Made by a program: the position numbers and the translations under genes
NCBI RefSeq assembly: GCF_963921235.1
Contig: NC_086097.1
Span: forward strand, 154,010,001-154,074,000
Length of the DNA: 64,000 bases
Origin: Mobula hypostoma
Lineage: Eukaryota
Direction of reading: 5' to 3'
The notes under the pieces: generated by a model
The model's database searches: none
What the model was told of the DNA's origin: nothing
The model's input: the letters and a program-made list of their open reading frames with translations, nothing else
Shown here: in pieces, positions 1-13,522 of the stretch
How positions within the stretch are numbered: the stretch's first letter is position 1
Layout: the number at the start of each line of letters is the position of its first letter

Positions 1-1475
1 ACTTTGAATATGATGCGACTGGGAATTCAGAAGCCAAATGGTGTGGAGGAAGACCCTGTTTCTCATTCTGACCATTCTTGTTTTTATACATTGTAGTCTC
101 CTGTGTGATGGTAGAAAGTCAAAGAAGATGCTAGATCAATGGGTGGGACCCTTAATAACACAAGAGCCTTGCATACGCAGTGCTCCTGATAAATGTTCCC
201 AATGGATGGTAGAGAGACTCCTATGATCCTCTCAACTTTTCTCCCAGTCCTTTGTAGGGATTTCCGGTCCAATGCTGGACTGCACCCATACCAGATGGAG
301 ACACAACTTCTCAGGACGCTCTCAATGGTGCTTCTGTAAGATGCTTCAGTTAAGATGACAGGGTGCCTTGTTTGCCTCAATCTTCTTAGGAAGTGGAGGC
401 ACTACTGTGCCGCCTTGTTCAGGGAGGTAATATTAAGGGACCAGGTGAGGTCATCCATGAGATGAACTCCCAGGAATGGTGCACTTAACTCTTTCTACGA
501 AGGAGCTGTGTATTTGCAGAGAGAGATGGTTTGTCTGCACCTTACTGAAGTCCACAATGATTTCCCTTGTCGTCTCCATGCTCAGGCTTACGTTGTTCTT
601 CCCACACCGATCCACCAGCCGCTTCACTTCCTCTCCATACGCCGTCTCGTCATTGTTCTTGATAATCCCAATCACTGTTGTCATCTGCCAAATTGATGAC
701 GTGGTCTGAGCTGGATCCTGCGATACAGTCACATGTCAGCAGCGTGAACAGCAGTGGGATGAGCACACAGCCCTGGGGAGCACCACTGCTCAGCGTAATG
801 GGTCTAGAGACATTGCTGCCCACACGGACTGACTGTGGCCTTTCTGTTAAGAAGTTCAGTATCCAGTTGCAGAGGGAGGTGTTGAGACCCAGAGAGGACA
901 TTTTCCCTACCATTTTCTGGGGTATGATGGTGTTGAATGCTGAACAGAAGTCAAAAAACAGCAGACTGGCATATGAGACCCCATTTTCCAAGTAGGACAA
1001 GACAGAGTGGAGGGCAGAGGCTATTGCATCATCAGTGGATCTACCTGAGTGATAAGTGAACTGGAAAGTGTCCAGTGAAAGGCTTCAATATTTCCATGAC
1101 CAGCCACTCAAATTACTTCATAATGGTTGATGTTAATGCCACCGGATGATAGTCGCTTAGGCAGGTTACTGTTGCCTCCTTTGACACTGCAATGATGATT
1201 GCTACCTTGAAAACCAAGGGTCTGTGGATTGTTCCAGAGAGATGTTGAATGTATCCATTAACACCACCATCAGCTGGGTTGCACAGTCTTTCAGAATTCA
1301 ATAAGCTCAGCAGCTTTGTATGGGTGTTCCTCCCTCGGCTTCAGCCACTTGAGTGTCTGCTCCCCTGGGGGGAGGGGTGCCTCCCTCGCATTAAGCCAAG
1401 TATTGACATTCAGCCTCTCGGGGAGTGAAGCTTCCTGATCGCTGACTAGTGGGGAAAATCCTGACAGAGGGACAA
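1..1475 (-). mobile_element. Rex1/Babar LINE fragment (RT region, decayed)
   Basis: ORF pieces [48 protein letters not shown]. Confidence 0.9.
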
Positions 1476-3349
1476 CATAAATGCCAATCACTCAAAATTG
1501 AAGTACATTCTACGGAATGTACTTCAATTGAAATTTTTTTCTCACAAAAGGTGGTGACCGTCTGGAATGTTCTGCCCTGGAAAATTGTGAGGCCAAATTG
1601 TTAAAACTATTTAAAGTAAAAGTAGGCAATTTTTTTGTTAAGCTTTGGAATTCTGGAATGAAAGAGAAGTTTTAGGTCTGGTGGAGATCAGCCATGATCA
1701 TTTTGATTTGCAGGGTAGACTTGAGGGATTAGGTGACCTGCTCATATCCCTAGTGTTCCTTGACAGTTTGAAACACTAACTGAAGTAATACACCTACATC
1801 AAAATTAGGGACAAGTTTAAAGTTACAATCTGTGCCTAAAATTTAGACATCTGTGTGTAGTGCCTGCAGGCGCTCAGGCATTGCTGCTTACTAAGGCAAA
1901 AACATGCAGCAACACCAAAAGAACATTTGTTAATGCAGGTGGTACCTTGCAAATAACAGCAGTGGCTTTACAACAATGTATCAAAATTTATATCATATGA
2001 TGCTCTCTGTATTAGATGACACAATAATTTTACTAAATTGTATACTGCATAGTTTCCCCTTAAAAGAGTAAGCAATCTATGCAATATAATATAAATTTAA
2101 CCAAATATAGATTTATGTGGGGTGCTGGTCTTCAACAAAACATTTCACCATTTACTGTAAGTATTTCTAGAAATTATCCACTTATACTGATATTTCTGTT
2201 GAATCACTTCTCTAGTTAGTCTTCATAGAAATTTGATCTCACATCTTGTGACGTAATTGTCTCCATAATCTTCATAATCGTGCAATAGATTATATTGTAC
2301 ATTTTCCAAAGAGGTTACTAAAGCTTATTAACTGCTATCGCAACTAAAATTGTACATTGCATAATTATTGTGTTATTTAATACTATGAACTAAGTCCTGG
2401 TAGCTCTTTGGCTTCATGCCTTTGCTTTGACAGAGTTTTGCATTGTGACTTGCACTCTGACTTTAGGTATATATCTAACAATCTTCTAGAATTCACTGAG
2501 GCATCTATTTGACTTTATCTATCTTCCTTGCCTCCAATTCTTCAATACTGTCATGCCAGCTTTCAGTCTGACCTGCTGTACATTGGCTCAACTTTACTTG
2601 GCTGACATCAGGAAGTTCAGACCAGCTGTACATCGAAGTTTTTGAATTGCTTCCACATTGTGGTGGTCTTCACTGTTAAGACAACCGCTCATGATTCAAT
2701 CTATCCAGTAATTCTGTAAACAACAAAAACCTTGTGGCCATTGATCTATTCCAAGATCACATGTAGTCCCACTTTCTGGCTTGCCTGTGCTCATCTCAAT
2801 CAATATTACCTTGCTGCAACACTCCATAACAAGACTTCTGCCCTTCCACCTTATCTCTGGGTTCTTGCAATGGCTTAGCCACTGTCCTGATAATCTGGTG
2901 AACCAGCACTCTCATACTGTCCAAATAAATTACACAGTCTACCTTTGAACTGTGGAGAAATGTGAATATTCCCATTGATATGTAAATACTAAATCACTGT
3001 CCAAATAATGCTTTGAGCTCGGATGAGTTCATAACATTCCACATTCCACTCTATGACCTTTCATCCCAATCGAAACCAGCAGACAGCTTGTTACTTTTCT
3101 TTGTAGATTGGTTTCCTAACCTCATAGTGTCCTCCATGGATACCTCTATAAAGGATGCCGTAAGCCTTAGTTTTTCTGTGCCTTCATATGGACTAATTGG
3201 CTCAATTACAGCTTTGCAGGGAAATGGACACAAGTCCAGCCCTCACTTGGCAGACACATGAAGAACACCATTTTGATTCCACGATTTCCGAAGAATGTTC
3301 TTAGATTTGTTTTTCTACCAGGGAAGTATATACGTTCCTGTTGATATCA

Positions 3350-5300
3350 TAGAGTTGTATAGCATGGTATAGCCTTTTCTGCTCACCTTAACCATGCTGA
3401 CCTGCTTGACTATCTACACTAATCCTATTTGCCTGCATTAGAACCATATATATTAATTTCTTATAGTTTATTTCAGTTTGTGTGTAAATGCCTTATACCA
3501 CCATCTTTCTTATTCCACTACCTTTTTTGGCAGCGTGTTCATTAACCACACCCTATGTTTTTAAAAAAAACAACTCACCACTCATATTCACCTTAAACCT
3601 CCTTCCCTTCATCTTAAACCTATTCTCTCTTGTTTTTGGTAGCCCTACCATGGGAGAAAGATTTTGACCATCTATCTATACCTCTCATCATCTTATAAAC
3701 TTTTATTAGGTTGCAGAGTTACAATCAGAAAAGCATCTTTTCCATCATTACGCTCTGTCTCCTATCATTTAAATTCATTTTGGTTAGCCAACTTGCCTTG
3801 GATCCAATGTGCCTTAAACTTCACGACCAACCTACGATACAGCACCTTGTCAAATGCCTCCTATAGGCAAAGTCTACTGCCCGGCCCTTCTTCAATATTT
3901 TTAGCTACATCCTCAAAAAACTGAAGTTAATGAGATTAGATTTCTTTCAACAAAGCCATGCTGGCTATTTTCTAATTAGCCACTGCTTTTGTAAATTTTG
4001 GAGAAAATCACAAGAAATGGGATTTATGTACATTCACACTACTGATATATAGCTCATCAGCCAATAAGTTACCTGGCTTATCCCTGCTGCCCTTCTTAAA
4101 TGAAAGTGCAACATCAGCTGTTCTCTAGTCTTCTAGAACCTCACCGATTACTGATGAAGATGCAAAAGACACTCAGGACACCAGAGAAGGAGCTAAGATT
4201 GTTTTGAGGGTGACTTCTTTGAGCTCATCAGTGAAACAGCTTAAATTCTTCTCTTTAATGGCTCGTTATTCCTTTTCAAGGTGGTTGGGGTCACGTTGGA
4301 GCCCGTGACCTACATACAACTGCACTCAAACTGCAGTTCTACACGGCAGTGGATTCCCACTTCGGGAGCTTACCGAGCAGCCTAGTATTTTTGATATCTC
4401 CAGGAATGGCCTGGAAGACATGTGCCCCTGGGGTCTTGGGAGGCCACTGTGGACAAATCAATTCCTTGCTGGTGTCACCAACAGGAACGTCGTGGAACAT
4501 CGACAGCAGGAGCAACTGTCGGAGGCCTCTACACTATGGGGACTGGGGGGAGAGTCTACTGATTCTTGAGAAGGATGAGCTTGAATAAATGTTGCTTCAG
4601 ACTGTAATATTGAAACAGTGATCTGTTGTCTCCCTGTCCTTGTGGAAAGAGTAACACCTCTCTATCCCTTGTTAGTGAGAGAGAGAGCCTATGGCATGTC
4701 AAAGTGCTGGTTTTTTTGTTGGACTGCAGATCATGGGTTCTCTGGGGCTTTTCCATTGTTTGCTTGGCGGGTGGTGGGTGTTGATGCTTCCTGCAGTGAC
4801 AAGTGGGGGTAGGGGTGTGAGAGGGTGGATGCTTTACTACTGCTTCTGCATGGGAAGAGGATGGGCGTGCTTTTGGGGTTCTGATGTTGTCATTTATTCT
4901 TTGGGGTTTACTTCTGTTTCGTGGATATCTGCAAAGAGTTAGATATTCTGATTGTATACTGTACAGTATACCTTCTTTGATATTAAATGGAACCATTGAA
5001 CCATGCTTCCCAGTCTGTGATAGATCTCATTGGGCCCTATGGGTTTATCAAATCTAATGAAAACATTTAACATCTCCACCTGTTCCAATAATAACCTGTT
5101 CCAAAATATCCACATTCGCCTCCATGAATTCCATGTCTTCTTCATTCCTCGTTACTGTATAAAGATAAGAAATATTCATTTAGGATCGTGACTTTATTGA
5201 CTGGTTCCACACAAATATTACCTTTTGGTTTCTAACGATATTATTTATTTTCCTGGCTACCCTCTTATTCCTAATATAATTATGGAATATTTTAAAGGCC
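3350..5300 (-). mobile_element. Old CR1 LINE fragments, interrupted by the 4186-5003 element
   Basis: CR1-type minus-strand motifs (accttgtcaaatgcct, caaagccatgctggctat, ctgcccttcttaaat) and a CR1-like 3' tail near 3350-3700. Confidence 0.7.
4186..5003 (+). mobile_element. ~800-bp non-autonomous retroposon with Rex-type tail, diverged copy
   Basis: Colinear with 40147-40945 (gaaacagct, tagtgagagagagagcc, gggttcttgatgttgtcatt-like blocks). Ends in aaccattg repeats. Confidence 0.75.
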
Positions 5301-7214
5301 AAACCATATAGCTTCCTCAGTCCTTGAAGTTACACTTATGTATGTGACAGTCAAAAATTGTCATGAGCATGAAACACTATAGTGCGAATCATGAAAAAGT
5401 AGGATAAGATGAGTGAAGATAGTTTTTTATTGTCAGGAATCAAGGAAATAAAGGAATCTTGAGGTGGAGAAGGAAAGTGGCTAAAATTAGCTATGATCTT
5501 TTTGAGTGGGAGCTGTGTAAAGTGGCCAAAACCTACCTCTGAGTCTTATGTTCTGATGTTATAAAATATCAAGAAAGTAAACGATCTAAAGTATAATGAA
5601 TAGACAGTCCGTGATGGGTCAGAAGAATCTCAAATTGGCTGTCAAACAAGATTTATTCCCTGAGTCTTCAAAAGCAAAGGAGCTTGGTCATGCTAATTTT
5701 CAAGCTGCATGACTGATTAAGGTTGCATATATTATTTAGTGTTAATTAAACTGATTGGTAGATATGTGCCACCCCAGAGTATCCCACAATAAACAGGTTT
5801 TTGTTAATGAATGCAAATAAAGGTGTTGCCAGTAGCTGTACATCGGTGATTTTATTGACATTTGGCCTCTTTTCTGAACAGAGAAAGAGATGTATTTGAC
5901 AATACTTGCCAAATTAAATCATTATTCATTTGAATGTCAGTTTTGATTGTGCATCATTCCTTCCTCCTGCAACCTACAGTTTTTCAAGGATGTAGTGCTC
6001 TTTGATTCTTTTTGACTTCTTCCCATCTTCCTACCTACCCACCCTATCCCCATATTATATTTGGACTGGGCTTTAAACTTAGATTTTTAAATAAGCTGAG
6101 GGAGCCTACTGGAATTTATAAAGTGGAAGCAAACAGAGATGCTGGAGAATTAATTACGTGAAGCATTCCACCGGAGCCAGAACTTGCCTTCACCTAGACT
6201 CCATTTACAGGCTCTTGCTTGCAGGAACACAAAACAATATTCAAAAATACTGACTGTAGCTCAGAGGCAACAGAGTCAATTTTAGCAGGAGCTACTGCAA
6301 CTCCAGATGAAATTAGCTAATTTAGTACAGAGAAAGCATGAATGATATAAAATGATTGTTGGACTGTGCAGCATTGAATAATTAAATATCGACAAGAAGT
6401 ATATTATTTGATTATGCCTGTGCTCAAAGACTAGATTAATTTAGAAATCCCTGTGGCAAACTCACAAGAGCTATTCACCAAATGAGAACATTTTATATGT
6501 TTTAATTATGGAGTTTGTGTTTTACAGTTAAGCTATTAAAACTAATGGGTATGGTTTAAGTATATATTTTAATGAGAAAGTCTTTTCATGTGCTTTACGG
6601 GTCATTTGGCTTAGTTACAGTGTTCTTGTCTTTGTAAAGGATTCTGAGTTCAAACTTCCTATAAGAGTGTTGTGACTGAGTAAAGCTGTGCCACTCAGAA
6701 CCAGTAACTGGGAAATATTAGTCTTTATTCACATAGCAAACCTCCAAGAGGGAGAGACCAGGAGGATCCAAGAGCACTAACTCTCCTGATATGATAGTTT
6801 ATACTTCAACAAAAAGGGAACAATAAATTAATAACTACAGCTTCAATTATTACAATCACCTACTTAACCTTAGCATTTGAATACATTCAGGTAAATTTAT
6901 AGAATGACATATTTACGATGTGAGCACATCCCAAGTAGCAGAACCCTCTTTTGAATATTCAATACTGGTGTCCATTCCAAAAGATACCCCTTTGGTTACA
7001 GTGTTGAAGGATGGCTCCATGAATATACAACTAAGAGACAAAACAGATTTGTTCTGAACTGTGTATTAAGTGATAGGGATATAGCTTTTAAAATGTGCTA
7101 CCAACAGGAGCATTTAGTTATTGTCTTCCCCTATGTAGTTTCAATGGGGGAGAATCAGAATGTCTTACCCTCTATGATTGATTTCATGAGCCACACAAGA
7201 TCAGTTGGAAGTTA

Positions 7215-7556
7215 AATTGAGAGGGGATCTCATTAAAGCATATTGAATATTGAAATACCTATATAGAGTGAATGTGGAAAGGATATTTACGATAGTGGGG
7301 GAGTTTAGAAATCAGAGGGCACAACCTCAGAATAAGACATCCCTTTAGAACAGAGATGAGGAGGGCTTTCTTTAGCCAGAGGGTGGTAAATCTGTGGAAT
7401 TAATTGCCACGTGGCTTTGGAGACCAAGTCACTGGGTACATTTAAATCAGAAGTTGATAGGTTCTTGATTAGTACGAGTATTGAAGGTTACAGGAATAAG
7501 GCAGGAGAACGGGGTTGACAGACTTAATGGTCTCATTCTGCTTCTATGTCTTATGA
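7215..7556 (+). mobile_element. CR1 LINE 3' fragment
   Basis: gagaggggatctcatt...agccagagggtggtaaatctgtggaat...ttctatgtcttatg. Confidence 0.85.
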
Positions 7557-7659
7557 TGTACAGATTTTACTTTCTGAAGACTGGTTCTCATTTTAGTTAA
7601 TCCATGATTATGTTATCCATAAAGTCATAACTCCAGGATGAGGATAGGACATCCTGAAT

Positions 7660-9378
7660 GTTATTACCTACAAAGCAAAACTAAGAGGCATATGTGTTAC
7701 AACAAGTGTTGCTCCCAGATGAGCTCAATGCCGCTTATGTTCACTTTGACCAACAGAACATGGAGGCACCTTCACAAAGTCCTACAGTTTCTGATAACCC
7801 TGTGATTTCAGTCTCTGAAGCCAACATGAGATTATCATTCAGGAGGGTGAACCCACAGAAAGCATTTGGCTCAGATGGTGTACCTAGTCAAGTACTGAAG
7901 ACCTGTGCTTATCAACTGGCTGAAGGGTTTACTGACATCTTTAACTTCTCACTTTGACAACCTGAGGTACCCACTTACTCTAAGCAAGCTTCAATTACGC
8001 AGGTGCCCATGAAGAGCATGACAACCTGCCTTAGTGACCATCATCCAGCTTCACTTCCATGCACTGGAAGTACTTTGAGAGGGTGGTCTTGAAACATATC
8101 AATTTCTGCCTGAATAATGACTTAGATCCACTGTCCTACTTTTCCTACTGTCACAACAGGTCAGAAGATGCAGAGATTGGGATGTTCTTCATTGACTATA
8201 GCTCAGCATTCCCTCAACACCATCACCCCCTCAAAACTAATTGAGAAGCTCTGAGACCAAGGCCTCAATAGCTCTTTGTACAACAGGATTCTCAATTTCC
8301 TCATTTGCAGCACCTAATCAGTTCAGATTCACAAAAACATCTCCTCCACAATCGCCATTGGTACCACAAGGCTGTGTCTCTACACGCTTGCTCTACTCAC
8401 TTTATACTTACTACATACAGCTCCAATACCATAGTTAGCACGAGTGTTGGTGCCTGAATCAAGTGTGGTAGTGAATCAGCATATTGGAGGGAAATTGAAA
8501 ATTTGTTCAAATGGTGCCACAACAACAACCATTCACTCAATGTCAGTAAAACCTAAGAGATGATGATTGACTTCAGGCAGAAGAAACCAGATGTCCATGA
8601 GCCAGTCAGTCCTTATTAGGGGACCAGAGCTGGTGAGAATCAGTAAATTTAAATTCTTTGGTGTTATCATTTCAGAGAATCTGTTCTGGGTGCCATTAAG
8701 AAAAACATCTCAGCAGTCCTCCACTTTCATAGAAGTTTGCACAAATTTGGCATGTCAACTGAAATCTTGACAAACTTCTATAGATGTGCAGTGGAGAATA
8801 TCCTGACTGGTTGCATCATGGTCTGGTGTGGAAATATCAATGCCCATGAACGGAAGCACCTACAAAATGGAATGGGTACAGCCCAGGCCATCACGGGAAA
8901 AAGCTTACCATCATTGAGCAAATCTATAAGGATCATTGCCACAAGAAAACAGTATCTATCATCAAGGACCACGCCTTCTAGTCCATGCTCTTACCTCATT
9001 GCTGCCATTGGGAATAGGCGTAGGTGCATTAGATTGCACGTCACCAGGTTCAGCAACAATTGTTACCCTTCAACCACCAGGCTCTGGAATCAGCTTGGAT
9101 AAATTCATTCAACACCAAACAGACTCCACAACCTATGGGTTCACTTTCAAGGACTCTACAACTCATGTTCTCAATATTATTTATTTATAGTTAGTGTATT
9201 TTTTTGCATTTGCACAGATTATGTTTTGCACATTAGCTGCTGGTCCGTCTTTGTGTGTAGTTTTTTCATTGATTCTATTGAATTTCTTTGTTCTACTGTG
9301 AATATCAGCAAATGTACAGACTGTTGGGAAGTAAATGGTGTCACATACTTACTTAAAAAAATTTGCATTGAATTTTGA
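7660..9378 (+). mobile_element. Rex1/Babar LINE, 5'-truncated and decayed
   Basis: LPDELN, FRRVNPQKAFGSDGVP, FIDYSSAF, TNFYRCAVENILTGCIMVW; Rex-type tail. Confidence 0.9.
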
Positions 9379-10629
9379 TTCCTAACAAAGAGCACTAATC
9401 AACCTATTAGTTTGGTGCACTGCTAAGAAATGTCACATTGGCACAGTATTATAGATGAGATACCAGGCTTCAACAAAGAAGGGAGAAAAGACTTACCTGA
9501 GGTTGTGGTGGAGTTGGAGCAAATTCTCACACCTAGTTCCCAAGGGGAAGTTAAATGCAAGGTTAAGGGAAGGAAAATGGGATTTCCAAGGGAACATTGC
9601 AGAATGAATGTAACTCCAGCTGATGACTTCAATTCATTTTATTAGCATTCAGGATCAACCGTTAAAATAGAATTAATACATTGATTTGCTTTTGTTTTCA
9701 TGGTAATCTAATAGGGATTCCAACTAGGAAATCGTCCAACAGAAAGTATCTTTCCAACAAATCCAGGGGAAGTTAATGAAACTGAAAAGCTACCTCAAGG
9801 AAAATCTCTAAAATGTTTTATATTTATAAAAGGCTCCATCTTATGAAAGATTCTGAATTACCGCTTTGTTTAAAAACCATACCCAAGTTCAGCTTCAAGC
9901 TGGAACTCCGAAACTGTTAAATTGTCCTAAAAGGTGGTTCCACATCAAAAAGCAAGATTTAGATGCAGATTTGTCCATCAGATAAGAAAGCAACATTTAA
10001 GAGGCATTTAGACGATATATGAATAGGCAGGGAACAGAGGCACACTGACCATGAGGAGATATGATTAGTTTAGTCTGGCATCATGATTGGCACCAAAATG
10101 GAGGGCTGAAGGGCCTTTTCCTGTCGGTGTTTTTCACTGTGTCTATATTTCAAATTAGAATGAGTGATTTAGAAAGTTGTTGTTTATCTTGCAAACAATA
10201 TGGTCTGGGCATCAGAGTAGGCTAATTAGACCCTTGTTGCAGTAATTTGTTCCCCTCGCTCTCTTGGTTTCATCTACCCACCACACACATAGTTCATTAA
10301 CAGGCTTCCCCTCTTTTTCCTACCTTTCTCCACCCTTTCTGGTTTTAGTTCAATCTGCCAGTCACCCCTCCCAAAATGTCTTTTATTATCACCTCATTTA
10401 CTAAACAGGTTCCAGTACTGGTAATTGGATGGGTTTCCTGCATATCACCCTCTAGTAACTGACTTTAATCTTCTGTGTCCCCTCCCCCAGCTTGTTTCAA
10501 TTGCCTTTTTTTTAAACTTTTTTTTCTCTCTGTTTGGCTGTTTTCTCCAAACTCTACCCACCATCTCCTCTGTTATCTGGAGCAACCTGCCCATCATTTT
10601 TCACCCCTTCCCAGTCCACTAATCATTCA

Positions 10630-10790
10630 GCTTCCTGACCACCACTCACTCCCTCCTCTTCACACTGGCCATCTACCCACTCTCAGTCTTGAACAAGGAT
10701 TTTGACCCCAAACCTCGACAATTCCTCCCCCCCTGCCCCCCCACAAGTGTTGCTTGACCCACTGAATCCTCCAGCAGACTGCCTTTTGCA
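10630..10790 (+). mobile_element. Old Penelope-like terminal fragment (eroded hammerhead)
   Basis: cagtcttgaacaaggattttgaccccaaacctcgac...tgcttgacccactgaatcctccagca. Confidence 0.55.
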
Positions 10791-11311
10791 AAGGGGATGG
10801 CAGATTTTGTAGATTTTGAGGTGACTGTTGTAGGTACCTTATCTTCATAGTGTCTGTGGTGTTCCTTGTTTAACTATATACATCACTATTCATAAATCTA
10901 AAGATTTAAGGCAGTTTTATTATAATTATTTTCATTGGTCCTCTCTGAAAGTGAGAGCTTTTTCTCTTCTCTTTGATATTTCACCAACTCCCATCCACAT
11001 ATATGAGCTGATGCAACTATTACCATTGTCATATGTACACACACAAATCCATTCGGGTTGGGGTCTGCAAATGTTCTATAATTGCAAGTCTTCGGGGGGG
11101 GGGGCATACTTAAGAAACTGAATGTGCCACATGTCTCTTTGTATGTCCAATGCATGATAGCAATTTACAAACAAATGGCAATTATAATGTCCAGATAAAG
11201 TACTTGTAAAGTCAATTTTAAGTTAGTTAGTTAATTAATTATATAAACTAGTTTGAATCAATACAAAGTCTTCATTATCTACACAAATACCAATTATAAT
11301 GCAGCTCTGTC

Positions 11312-11437
11312 ATCGTCTTCTTCTTCATGTGCCTTGCACATTACACGCTTGGGCGCTCATGGCTTTCCACATCGAACGATCCCTCGCAGCGTCAATGATA
11401 TCTCGCACACTTAGATCTGTTAGTTCTTTCACAGTGT
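11312..11437 (-). mobile_element. RTE-clade LINE 3' end with TSD
   Basis: Minus strand encodes DTVKELTDLSVRDIIDAARDRSMWKAMSAQACNVQGT* followed by an (aga)n tail. TSD ctctgtc at 11305-11311 and 11438-11444. Confidence 0.8.
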
Positions 11438-12569
11438 CTCTGTCGTAAATAGTCAAAATTAAATTAGTTAAGAAGTTTAAGATCACAGTTAAGAAGATAC
11501 TCCAAATTCACTTCTGCTTCATGAAATGCATGGGAATGGGTGAGAATGTGCTGGAAAATACAATAAGCACTACCTCTAACCGCTGGAATTTACAATTGGC
11601 TTGTCACATGTTTCAACAAGTTCAAGACGCCTGTATGAATGCAAATGTCTTGAATTTGCTGGCTGGCATCTGACAGTATTTTCCTGGCTACCCTCCAACT
11701 TTGGAGCTCAGAAACAGAGCTTGAACCTACTGAATCCGTTAGCACTTACGCTAGAAAAGTTGCCTGTTGACTTGAATGGAAAGGAATGTCTCCAAGGGGA
11801 AAGTTAAGTGTAAAGTCAGTACCTTATTTTTAATTGTTTTAAATTAATTACAAGTGGTTTTATTTCCAAGTGCTTTCCTAAGTAATGTTGGTAGTGTCTT
11901 TTGTGAAAGCTTTAAATAATAAATAGTTTTTAGTTGTCTTGAAATATTTGTCAATTTTGGTAGCATTCAAAAGAAATTAAAGTTATTGACACCTTGTAAA
12001 ATTGTTACTCTGTCAATTGTCAAATGCCCTTGCAGCTGTTGGATGATGGAGTTTATGCTTAGCCATTCAAATTTCTGTCAGATTCCACAGTTTGTCTTGT
12101 TAGCACATTGAACTTGACATTATTTAGCAGCACTCCAGCATCAGGAAATCTGCATTATTAAGCACAAGTGTTCTTTGTCAGCATTGATTGTGGATGGCTT
12201 ACCTCTGGCAACATTTTCTAGAACATATTTTACAATAGTTTAAATATTATCTGCAATGTAATATGCAACCTTATGCAAAGTATTTTTTAAGAGAAACAGG
12301 CCATTTGATCCACTGAGTTGATACTAGCTTTTTGAATAATCATGTTTGCATTCTCTAACTCTTCAGCCACTGCAATGCGTTTTGCATTTCCAAGTGTCTG
12401 TCCGAATTCTCTTTTACAGACATTGCTTCTCTTACACCATCCTTGCAAGTATGGAATTTCAGATTTAAGACAATAAATTAATCTTCACATTTCCCTTTTA
12501 TCTGTCATCTGGGTGAGAATGCTTCCTCTATTCATCGTGAAGTAGTCATGATCTTTCTGTGATTCCTTG

Positions 12570-13235
12570 GTTCAAGTTCCTTGGTGTCAAGATCTCTGAG
12601 GACCTAACCTGGTCCCAACATTTGATGCAGCTTTAATAGCAGGCAAGACAGCGACTATACTTCATTAGGAGTTTGAAGAGATTTGGTATGTCAACAAAAA
12701 CACTCAAAAACTTCTATAGATGTACTATGGAGAGCATTCTGACAGACTGCATCACTGTCTGGTATGGCGCAGGGGGCTACTGCACAGGACTGAAAGAAGC
12801 TGCAGAGGGTTGTAAATCTAATCAGCTCTATTTTGTGTACTAGCCTACAAAGTACCCAGGACATCTTCAAGGAGCAGTGTCTCAGAAAGGCAGTGTCCAT
12901 TGTTAAGGACCTCCAGCACCCAGGGCATGGCCTTTTCTCACTGTTACCATCAGATAGGAGGTACAGAAGCCTGAAGGCACACACTCAGCGATTCAGGAAC
13001 AGCTTCTTCCCCTCTACTGTCCAATTCCTAAATGGACATTGAACCCATGAACACTACCTCACTTTTTAAATATTATTTCTGTTTTTGCATAATTTTTTAA
13101 TCTATTCACATACGTATGCTGTAATTGATTTACTTATTTAGTTTTTTCCTCTATTATATATTGCATTGAATTGCTGCTGCTAAGTTAACAAATTTCACGC
13201 CATATTGCGTTGATAATAAACCTGATTCTGATTCT
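12570..13235 (+). mobile_element. Rex1/Babar LINE 3' fragment
   Basis: HPGHGLFSLLPSDRRYRSLKAHTQRFRNSFFP; tail aataaacctgattctgattct. Confidence 0.92.
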
Positions 13236-13289
13236 AAAATGACTGAAATGTGTAGGAAATGACTCTGTATAAATTCAAGCAATTAAATA

Positions 13290-13522
13290 AATCTGGAATG
13301 AATCAGTAATAGTAATTATGAAACCCCTGGATTGTCATAACAGCGCATCGGCTATCCCAAGCTGGTCTGGCCAAAATGTGACTGCTACCCCATTAGTATG
13401 ATTAGCTTCTGTCCTTCTTTTTGAAATGGTCTGGCAAATACTCAGTTCAGGGAACAATTATTGATGGGCAGTAAATGCTGGCCTTGATAGTGACATCCAC
13501 ATCTTGGAAATTGATAAGTAAA
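13290..13522 (+). mobile_element. Ancient SINE remnant (Meta-domain-like)
   Basis: ctggtctggccaaaatgtgact...gatgggcagtaaatgctggccttgatagtgacatccacatc resembles a widespread shark/fish SINE core and tail. Related pieces lie near 19430 and 43085 on the minus strand. Confidence 0.5.

Noticed and set aside
9423..9645. Overlapping ORFs with a good minus-strand donor (CAG|gtaagt near 9492-9499)
   Set aside because: No recognisable protein and no partner exons. It could be a non-coding exon but I cannot support that.
9538..11820. Recurring ccaaggggaag(tta) motif at about 9540, 9763 and 11793 (also 50454 and 52270)
   Set aside because: Short, irregularly spaced and without extended homology, so it cannot be distinguished from chance.
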